From NCBI GenBank assembly GCA_041639695.1, contig JBEQBQ010000008.1, forward strand, positions 1 to 43,892: DNA of 43,892 bases. Reading direction: 5' to 3'. Below are positions 36,459 through 43,892 of the stretch, piece by piece. The DNA comes from Candidatus Nanohaloarchaea archaeon (GTDB taxonomy: Archaea > Nanohalarchaeota > Nanosalinia > Nanosalinales > Nanosalinaceae). The first letter of the stretch is position 1. The number at the start of each line of letters is the position of its first letter. Under the pieces are notes generated by a model, which saw only the letters and a program-made list of their open reading frames with translations, ran no database searches and was not told the DNA's origin. The position numbers and the translations under genes are program-made.

Positions 36459-37223
36459 ATGAGTCTCAGGGAACGTGCATCACAGTCGGAACTGCTTGAA
36501 GCCTATTCAAGAAGTCTGAGGGAAAATGATTACGGCAGAACTGATTTTATCGAAGAAGTTGATCTTGAGCAGGAAGAAGCTGAACTTGAATGGAATCTTT
36601 TAGAAGCAGAAAGGGATTACGAAACATCTGATGAACAGGAAGCCTATCTCAAGTTCGCTGAGAATCTTGGAATAAATGCTCTGGATTCAGCAGTTCTTGC
36701 CGATGTTCCCGCAGGTAAAGCTGTTGACTATCAGGCATCTAACGATTGTCTGAACTTAGAGAGAACACAGGAAGATCAGAACAATAGGGCGGTTCTTGAA
36801 GGATACCTGAAGGAGTGGAAGCCTCCGGAAGACCTCGCACTTGCAAACGGATTTCCTATGGTCACTAGAGTCAGACAGCGTCTAGATAAGGCAGGGATTG
36901 AAGTCGCGGATTACTCTCCTAATAGAAATGATGATGGTGAAGGAGTCCAGAAACTTGATGGCGAGTATGTTGTGGTTGATGAGTTGGATACTGAAGATTT
37001 TGCTACAGGTTATCTTAAGTCCGAAACGGAGGCTTCTGCCGAAGAGGTCGCTGAAGCCGGAGCTCAAGTCGGTCTCGATCTGGACGAGGAAGAAGTCAGG
37101 CGGAGCTTGATGAAGTCAGAGTATGCACACCCTTTGTCTCAAGACGATTTCAGGATTGATGACCCGGCAAATGAGTTATTCGGTTTTGGTTCGGGAATAG
37201 AAGCCTTGCTTGAAGACCAGTAA
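36459..37223 (+). CDS. Hypothetical acidic protein
   Basis: 254-aa D/E-rich ORF, no recognised motif. Confidence 0.75.
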   Translation: MSLRERASQSELLEAYSRSLRENDYGRTDFIEEVDLEQEEAELEWNLLEAERDYETSDEQEAYLKFAENLGINALDSAVLADVPAGKAVDYQASNDCLNLERTQEDQNNRAVLEGYLKEWKPPEDLALANGFPMVTRVRQRLDKAGIEVADYSPNRNDDGEGVQKLDGEYVVVDELDTEDFATGYLKSETEASAEEVAEAGAQVGLDLDEEEVRRSLMKSEYAHPLSQDDFRIDDPANELFGFGSGIEALLEDQ

Positions 37224-37348
37224 AACAGTTGAACCAGAAACTGAAACCCGACCTCTTTTATAAAAGTTTCCTGTCATTTAAGGGACAAGGTGTAGGGAGT
37301 GGCAGGTTTGATACCTCTCCTCCTCATTCAATTTTCAGGTGTAACACT

Positions 37349-37579
37349 ATGAACGAACAAGGTAACGCACAGCAGGTTATGCAGGTAATGCAGCAGAAGC
37401 TAGGAAACCTAGAACTAACAACACACGCACTTCTTTCCGTACTACAGGATAAAGATATTGTAGACCAGGAAGAAGTTAACGAGGAAGCCCAGAAGATTGT
37501 CGAAGAGATGCAGGAACAGCAGGCAGAGATGGGCGACCAGATGGAAGACATCGAGGACAAGCTAGGAGACGACGAGTAA
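37349..37579 (+). CDS. Small Q/E-rich helical protein
   Basis: TATA TTTATAAA (37257-37264), SD AGGTG, ATG 37349; 76 aa. Confidence 0.75.
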   Translation: MNEQGNAQQVMQVMQQKLGNLELTTHALLSVLQDKDIVDQEEVNEEAQKIVEEMQEQQAEMGDQMEDIEDKLGDDE

Positions 37580-37707
37580 AAACCGTCGTTTTCCATCTCT
37601 TAACTACTTTCTACAATATTAATCTAATTTTGCAGTAACCTCCGAAACTGGCGACCCCCTTTAGAACCAGAAAAAAGTTTTTATTGTTTAGTAACAACAT
37701 ATATTCT

Positions 37708-38826
37708 ATGGCGTTCAAGGAGCTAAATCTACATAAAGAAGACTTCAGCTGGTTGGAGGAGGACCATGTCAAGTCTAAAGAAGAATCAATTGAACTTGTG
37801 AGAAAATGGCGAGATCTAGCCGAAGACATGCGACCAAAGAATGATACCGAGGAGAGAAATAGAAAAAATTTCCTTAGTGCAAGTAATGATCTGCTGGAAA
37901 ATCCAGATGTATACGACCAAGATTTATACCATGGAACAACCTCTCCAGCTCTCGGAAATATAATGCAGGAATTGGTTCTCAGGCCTTCAGCACCAAACGG
38001 TCAGACCGGAGAACACCAATCTTTGCCCAGAGTGAGCTCCACCTCAAACATTTATGATGCGGTAGCATTTGCGGAAATGTACACACCGGTACTTTCAGAT
38101 GTCAAGAACTCGGTGGAAAATGACATCACCGGAGGCGATCTCAATAAAGATATCTCAAGGAGAGAGCTCAGAAACTTGATAGCCAACCAGCTGAACGGAG
38201 AACTTGGGGATTGGCTGGTAAATGGAGAACCATATGAAGAAAACCTAGAGCTCTTCGCACAGAAAAATTTCTCATTTTCCAGGATGAGAAGATGGCAAGA
38301 GAGAAATTATTATGGAATGGCCAAGAGAATAGAGGAAATTGGAGAAGAACGTGGCAAACCTGTAGTCTTTGGATATCCATTAGAGAGTTTGAAGGAAGAA
38401 GTAAGGGAAATATACACTCCTCTTCACCAGGATGAACTTCACTTTGATGTAGAAGAACTAAGGCTTGCAGAGATTCAATCAAAGGTAGTTGATTTAGATT
38501 GCGAGAACACAGCAATATTTCTGGATGAAGAAATGAGAAGTGATTTTCAAGATAAAACCGGCAGCTTTGAAAAATGGAACTACGATGAAGAAAGATTGGA
38601 GACAATTGAGTTTGATTACGAAGGAAGACTATCAGCAGGATCTTTAGATGCTCTAAAAATTTATCAATTGGCGAAGAACTCCGAAAAGTACGCCGAAACC
38701 CAAAGAATACGTGACGATACCCCTCAGTGGGAAGGAAATCTAATAATACCCCAACATAGCACGAAGAGAAAATCGTTTGACCCCCATGACTTAGGATCTA
38801 ATCCCTACGAAATCCAAATTACGTGA
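37708..38826 (+). CDS. Hypothetical protein with ADP-ribosyltransferase-like motifs
   Basis: LYHGTT...L.NI....LRP...VSSTSN...AVAFA...QDE. Confidence 0.55.
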   Translation: MAFKELNLHKEDFSWLEEDHVKSKEESIELVRKWRDLAEDMRPKNDTEERNRKNFLSASNDLLENPDVYDQDLYHGTTSPALGNIMQELVLRPSAPNGQTGEHQSLPRVSSTSNIYDAVAFAEMYTPVLSDVKNSVENDITGGDLNKDISRRELRNLIANQLNGELGDWLVNGEPYEENLELFAQKNFSFSRMRRWQERNYYGMAKRIEEIGEERGKPVVFGYPLESLKEEVREIYTPLHQDELHFDVEELRLAEIQSKVVDLDCENTAIFLDEEMRSDFQDKTGSFEKWNYDEERLETIEFDYEGRLSAGSLDALKIYQLAKNSEKYAETQRIRDDTPQWEGNLIIPQHSTKRKSFDPHDLGSNPYEIQIT

Positions 38827-38829
38827 AAC

Positions 38830-39468
38830 CTAACCGTATTTTTCACATAGCTCGCAGCTTTCATCCCTCGCCGTACAGCCGTTTCTACCGTGCGTTATCA
38901 GCAAAATATGGAAAGGATACTTTATCTCATCCGGAACCTTCTCCTCCATGATCTCATGCGTCTTAGTTCTAGAGCTTCCTTCAGGCACCAGTCCTAGTCT
39001 CTTCGACAAACGGTGTACGTGGGTGTCTACAGGGAATGTCGGCATCTCGAAATGAAAACAGAGTATAACTGAAGCTGTTTTCGGGCCTATACCCGGTATC
39101 TCTGTCAGCCAGCTCTTCGCATCCTCCACATTCATGTCGTTGAGAAATTCGATCGAGTACTCTCCTTGCTCCTCCCGGATTATCTTCAGTGCTTCCTGGA
39201 TTCGCTCTGCCTTCGTAGGTCCAAGACCCACGATCCGGATAGTCTCCGTCAACTCGTCGTGCGGAGCGTTCTCAATCGCCTCGTAATCATCTCCATACCT
39301 TTCTTTGAGGCTCCGGAAGCCCTTGTCACGGTTAACATCGTTGGTGTTCTGGGAGAGAATGGTTTCTATAACCCAGTCGATCCCGGATTTCTCATCAGGC
39401 CTCTCCGGTTCACCGTATTTTTCAAGAAGTTGTTCGTAAATTTGTCTTATCTTTTGTTGATCTTCCAT
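38830..39468 (-). CDS. nth: Endonuclease III (HhH-GPD glycosylase/AP lyase)
   Basis: ILSQNT.D, IPGIGPKTA, VDTHV.R. Confidence 0.92.
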   Translation of the reverse strand: MEDQQKIRQIYEQLLEKYGEPERPDEKSGIDWVIETILSQNTNDVNRDKGFRSLKERYGDDYEAIENAPHDELTETIRIVGLGPTKAERIQEALKIIREEQGEYSIEFLNDMNVEDAKSWLTEIPGIGPKTASVILCFHFEMPTFPVDTHVHRLSKRLGLVPEGSSRTKTHEIMEEKVPDEIKYPFHILLITHGRNGCTARDESCELCEKYG

Positions 39469-39495
39469 GATCTTACAGCGTGAGATAGAACTTAA

Positions 39496-40377
39496 TTAAT
39501 CTGGCTGACGCCACAGATTCTCAAGGTAGTCATGCTGCTTCTGGTTTAGAAGCAGGTACATGGCCTTCTGTCCTTCGTAGTGGTGATCCCACAGCCTCTT
39601 TTCAGAGCCCTCAGATTCTAGAACCTGATTTAGGAATGCTTTGAATTCTTCCTCTCCCCTCGTTATCCAGTGATGGGTTTTGAAAGAATCTGAATAGTTT
39701 TCGGCTTCAGATGCAATCTCCAGAATTATACGGCCATCCTGTTTTCTAACTTTGTTCGAACCATCAACTTCCTTCGCCACCATTCCTGTCAGATCATCGA
39801 AGAACTTCTCTGCATAGTTGTTTTCCATGTCCTCTATTAACAGCCTAGAGGACTGGATAAGATACTTTTTCAGCACTAGTTGAGCTAGACTTAATGGCTG
39901 AAGCTCACTAGGCCTTTCTTCAACTATGTCAATAGACCTTTCAAGGATTTCTCGATCAGGATCAGAGTTTTCGAACTCAAGTAACTTAATCAAAACATTT
40001 TCCACAGCTTCCAAGGCCTCCGACCTATCATTAATCCGATTATATCCCTTGCTCCTACCCACCAAAAGATCCAAAGAACCCTCGTTCCCATATATAGAAC
40101 TAGAAGCTTTCATATCGTCTACTATATCGGCAAAATGGTTAATAATTCTTTCAAGATCGTCGGAGTCTATAGATTTCTTTTTCTTGCTCCTATACTTTTC
40201 CCGTGCCGAATAGGTTTCCAGATCCTCCCTGATCTAAGAATCTACTTCGTCAAAAGGCAGTTCACGTAAAGCGCCCTCTAACCGGTCTATCGCTTCGTCC
40301 AAATCGTTTCCGAGACATCGATCTGCCTCTATCAAATGACTGTCCAGCTCGTCAAAAGGCCTCTCTGTCCTGACCAT
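39496..40377 (-). pseudogene. Hypothetical gene interrupted by one in-frame TAG at 40234-40236 (or a shorter CDS 39496-40113)
   Basis: ATG 40377 is in frame with the 39496-40113 ORF; the only stop between them is codon 48 (TAG). Confidence 0.55.
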
Positions 40378-40449
40378 ACTAAAACTGAAGGAAAAAATAG
40401 TGAAATAGCTTTGGTTTATACCGGGTTAAAAAGTATCTACCAGCCTTTG

Positions 40450-41322
40450 TTACTTCATTCTGGCGGTTCCATAGAGCTTTCCTAAGATCGGGCGGTTAGG
40501 ATCGAAGCCTCCGATAAACTTGCCCGGAAGCTGCTTACAAAGATTTCTTTCGCCCCTGAGATAGATTTCGCCGTCAAGCCCTTCCAGAAACTCCTCCACC
40601 TCATTAATATGTTTATCTATTTGCTCGTCACGTTTTCTTTCAAATCTTCCCTGAGAGAATCCTCCCTTGCCGTGTTCCCGGTTAATTCGAGACTTTAAAC
40701 TCTTAAGTTCCTCATAATCTCCGTTTTCTTCGCGGTAAACATAGGTTTCCCCTGCTGAAACAAGAACAAAGTATTTCTCGCTCTCGAAGAATTTATTTAG
40801 ACTGTTGATATCAAAGCTCTTGCCGACAGCAAAGTTTTCGTTGTAGAAAGGTGCAAGTTTCAAGATAAATGAACCTAGATCATCGTCGATAAACGCCACA
40901 ACTCCTTTTTCGCCCTGAATTTTTGAGTACTGTTGTTTTGTCACTGAATTCTTGATGTCTCTTAAATCAGAATGATCCTCAAGCTCTCGAGGACTGTATA
41001 TACTGACTAGTTCGCCTTTCACCGACTCTATGGTTGAAAGTTTATCTAGCAGCCCTCTAGTTGACTCATAGTCTAATGTTTCGAATCCTTTATGGCGCTT
41101 CTCTTCCTTTTGGCTAGTGTCAGAGCCTTTTTCTTGTCTGTCTTTCAACCGATTCAGTTTTTCTTCGGCCTCCTGCTTCTTCCTGGAAAGCTCTTTCCGT
41201 CTTTCCTCCTCGGCTTCAAAACGGTTTTTCCACCGGTTCTTCTCCTCTTTTTCATCTTCCAGACGCTGTTCGAGCTCTTCTACTTTCTGTTCAAGTTCTC
41301 CAGTGTTCCATGGCAGCTTCAT
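40450..41322 (-). CDS. Archaeal Vms1/ANKZF1-like release factor (aVLRF1)
   Basis: N-terminal coiled coil; HGKGGFSQGRFERKR loop. Confidence 0.85.
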   Translation of the reverse strand: MKLPWNTGELEQKVEELEQRLEDEKEEKNRWKNRFEAEEERRKELSRKKQEAEEKLNRLKDRQEKGSDTSQKEEKRHKGFETLDYESTRGLLDKLSTIESVKGELVSIYSPRELEDHSDLRDIKNSVTKQQYSKIQGEKGVVAFIDDDLGSFILKLAPFYNENFAVGKSFDINSLNKFFESEKYFVLVSAGETYVYREENGDYEELKSLKSRINREHGKGGFSQGRFERKRDEQIDKHINEVEEFLEGLDGEIYLRGERNLCKQLPGKFIGGFDPNRPILGKLYGTARMK

Positions 41323-41410
41323 GGTTTCAGGTACTTCTCCACGGGTTTAAAGCCTTGTACAGCGGAAAAGTTAAAAAGGTAGTCGATAACTTCTGGATGT
41401 GGGATAAGAC

Positions 41411-41710
41411 ATGACTGCAAAGACTGTTGAGGAACTTTCACCCGAGGACGACGATATTGAAATCGAAGGAAAAATTGCCGAACTACCGACTCCACGTGCC
41501 GTAACCACTCAGTACGGCCAGAAAAAAATTACTACAGTAGTTTTTGAGGACGAGACCGGAAAGATCGACCTCACCCTCTGGGAAGAGGAAATTGAGGCAG
41601 TTGAAGAGGGCGCAAGCGTCAAGATTGAAGGCGCATACGTCCGTGAATGGGCTGACGACATCCAGCTCAACATCGGCCGCGATGGAAACATCGAACAGGT
41701 CGAAGAATAA
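41411..41710 (+). CDS. Single-OB-fold ssDNA-binding protein
   Basis: DETGKIDLTLW, IEGAYV, QLNIGR. Confidence 0.88.
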   Translation: MTAKTVEELSPEDDDIEIEGKIAELPTPRAVTTQYGQKKITTVVFEDETGKIDLTLWEEEIEAVEEGASVKIEGAYVREWADDIQLNIGRDGNIEQVEE

Positions 41711-41793
41711 ACTAGACACTCGGGACCGGGAAGTCCCCCAGACCTAATTCTATTTCTAATCTAAATCTCAAGTTCGCATCTCAAGGCCGAAAA

Positions 41794-42651
41794 ATGATAA
41801 ATAAGATCTCTTCTAAAGGACCTGTAGAGTATAAAAGCAGAATAATCCTGATTATTCGTCACGCAATTACTTTACCGTTCCTTATAGCCCTGATACCTTT
41901 CTTGATCTACAATAAATACAAGGAACGTTTTTTAAATGGTGAGACTGAACGAACGAGCCTGGTAGTTCTAGAACTCTTCTTAATATCCACCCCATTAGTT
42001 ATAGGGTATCCCTTCATCCTGCTAGACGATCTCTTCCTAAGATTCATGAAAAAAATTGGGGCTGCCGAAGAAAAAACAAGCGAGTCCAACAAAATTCATA
42101 GTCTTGATCTCAGTAATGAAGAAAAAGATACTATAGATGACTACGAAGAAAAATTCAAGCAAATAGGAACCAAGTTTACAGTCTGGGAGGATAATATCAA
42201 GAGAAAGAAGGATCGGCCTACAGAAGTGAGAGAACTTGCCGAAAGATTGTCAAATCTAACAAACGGGAATATAGAAAATCCTAAAATAGAGTGTCTTAAA
42301 TCAGACGGCATCCTCCCTGAGGACCTAAAAACCTATAAATTCGATTTCAGTAACGGAGATTCTTACATACTGAAAATAAGCGGCGGGGATAAAAGGCAGT
42401 TATTAGAAATTGTAGAAATCTTCAATATCGAGGCGAAGAAAAGAAACAAAGAAAGGTGTTTTTACAGACTTAAAATCACCCAAAAATCAGGTTACTCTAA
42501 ATCAGGAAATAGTAAGCTACACATATACGGACACGAGATGAGGAGGATAGCATATCAAACTGAAGAAGGACTGGAAGAAATTCTAGAGAAATTTAAGGAG
42601 ACTGGTTTAGTGGAGATATCTGTTAAAATTCCCGGCCTCGAAAAATCCTGA
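41794..42651 (+). CDS. Hypothetical membrane-anchored protein
   Basis: Two N-terminal hydrophobic segments and a K/E-rich soluble domain; AT-rich. Confidence 0.7.
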   Translation: MINKISSKGPVEYKSRIILIIRHAITLPFLIALIPFLIYNKYKERFLNGETERTSLVVLELFLISTPLVIGYPFILLDDLFLRFMKKIGAAEEKTSESNKIHSLDLSNEEKDTIDDYEEKFKQIGTKFTVWEDNIKRKKDRPTEVRELAERLSNLTNGNIENPKIECLKSDGILPEDLKTYKFDFSNGDSYILKISGGDKRQLLEIVEIFNIEAKKRNKERCFYRLKITQKSGYSKSGNSKLHIYGHEMRRIAYQTEEGLEEILEKFKETGLVEISVKIPGLEKS

Positions 42652-42701
42652 ACAGAGATTTCTCAAAACCAATTAAAGCTTGATTCCGACAGTGGAACAT
42701 A

Positions 42702-43790
42702 ATGGGAATCGAAGAACGTATACAGGAGCTTGAGGATAAACTTGAGGAAACTCCTGTCAACAAGGCAACCGAAACTGAGAGAGGTAGGATTAAAGGCCAG
42801 ATAGCCGATCTTAAGGAAGAGAAGCAGAAGAAACAGAAGAGTACTGGCGATACTTCAGGTTACGCGGTTGAGAAGAAAGGTGATGCAACAGTTGCTTTAG
42901 TTGGATTCCCGAGTGTTGGAAAATCATCTCTGCTAAACGAGCTTACTAACGCTGATTCTGAGACCGGGGAGTACGAGTTCACAACTTTAGATGTCGAGCC
43001 CGGCATGTTGAAACATAGAGGAGCTAACATACAGATACTTGACGTACCAGGCCTGATTGGTGGTGCCGCGGACGGAAGAGGTGGCGGCCAGCAAGTACTC
43101 TCTGTTGTAAGAAATGCTGACTTGATTCTGTACATGCTTGACCCTGAAGAGATGAGAGAGAACGAGATCAAACAGGAGATCTACAACGTCGGAATACGTA
43201 CAAATATTGAGCCTCCGAACATGAAGGTAGAAAAGAAAGGAAAAGGTGGTATAACAGTGTCCTCAACTGTAGATTTAGATATTGATCATGATACTGTCGA
43301 AAGTATAATGCATCAGAAAGGTTTCGTAAATGCTAACGTTACTATAAGGGAGGAGATGGATCTTGACCGTTTCATCGACGGCTTAATGAACAACAGGAAG
43401 TACATTCCTGCAATCACTACGGTTAACAAGATGGATTTGATTGATTCCAGCAAAGTAAATGATTACGAGGAAGAGTACGATCTACTTATATCTGCGAAGG
43501 ATGGAAAGAATCTCGATGAGCTGAAGGACCTGATCTTCGAGAAGCTGGGTTTGATCAGGATATACATGAAGGAGAAAGGTGAAGACCCTGATAAGAGCGA
43601 TCCTTTAATTCTTAGAGAAGGTGACGTGGTTGAGGACGCGCTTGAGACCTTGCCAGGCGACATGAAGGATCGTTTCAAGAAGGCGAAGGTTTCAGGACCG
43701 AGCTCCAAGTTCCCAGACCAGAAAGTTGGCGTGGAGCATGAATTAATGGATGAGGACGTGCTCGAATTAAACTTGAGACATCTTAGCTGA
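42702..43790 (+). CDS. drg: DRG/Obg family GTPase with TGS domain
   Basis: NKATE, GFPSVGKS, YEFTTL, DVPG, NKMD, H.L.DEDV. Confidence 0.94.
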   Translation: MGIEERIQELEDKLEETPVNKATETERGRIKGQIADLKEEKQKKQKSTGDTSGYAVEKKGDATVALVGFPSVGKSSLLNELTNADSETGEYEFTTLDVEPGMLKHRGANIQILDVPGLIGGAADGRGGGQQVLSVVRNADLILYMLDPEEMRENEIKQEIYNVGIRTNIEPPNMKVEKKGKGGITVSSTVDLDIDHDTVESIMHQKGFVNANVTIREEMDLDRFIDGLMNNRKYIPAITTVNKMDLIDSSKVNDYEEEYDLLISAKDGKNLDELKDLIFEKLGLIRIYMKEKGEDPDKSDPLILREGDVVEDALETLPGDMKDRFKKAKVSGPSSKFPDQKVGVEHELMDEDVLELNLRHLS

Positions 43791-43819
43791 ATAAAAATAA
43801 AGAGAAAGATTTTTAGGAG

Positions 43820-43892
43820 TTATTCTTCGTCTGCGCGTTTTTCCTGTTCTCTTTCGATCAGGTCTCTTAACGCGGATGCTAGGAATCCTAGT
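43820..43892 (-). CDS. C-terminal end of a gene entering from the right edge
   Basis: Open frame ...LGFLASALRDLIEREQEKRADEE then TAA. Confidence 0.5.
   Translation of the reverse strand, partial: LGFLASALRDLIEREQEKRADEE

Noticed and set aside
37283-37330. Full tRNA gene
   Set aside because: Only a T-arm-like hairpin; no D-arm, anticodon arm or full acceptor stem. Kept as a weak finding only.

Overview
Gene-dense chromosomal segment from an extremely halophilic archaeon, most likely a DPANN nanohaloarchaeon (Nanohaloarchaeota). This is inferred from the acidic proteome, moderate GC, very short intergenic spacers, archaeal information-processing genes and a singlet histone. The core content is a complete A-type ATP synthase operon (H-I-K-E-C-F-A-B-[orphan]-D), trm1, tfb, nob1, histone, aIF-5A, cca, adkA, an Xaa-Pro peptidase, elp3, sppA, trmB, a nitroreductase, DNA ligase, a Ham1 pyrophosphatase, rpl15e-rnp3-rnp2, tbp, mcm-rpa, aIF-2beta, nth, aVLRF1, an SSB and a DRG GTPase, with single orphan genes interspersed. 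I saw no tRNA, rRNA, CRISPR array or transposase. The most notable signals are: (i) two genes flanking rpl15e that share a twin-arginine-like N-terminal module but carry different viral-spike-like C-terminal domains (C1q/TNF-like and beta-helix), a candidate modular surface-adhesin family; (ii) an intergenic RNA-like element with a canonical kink-turn and a terminator; (iii) an ADP-ribosyltransferase-like orphan; (iv) a 20-bp repeated operator-like site around an HTH regulator and glutaredoxin; (v) a probable ATC start for atpI; (vi) an ORF split by a single in-frame TAG. All family calls come from motif recognition by eye; no database search was run.
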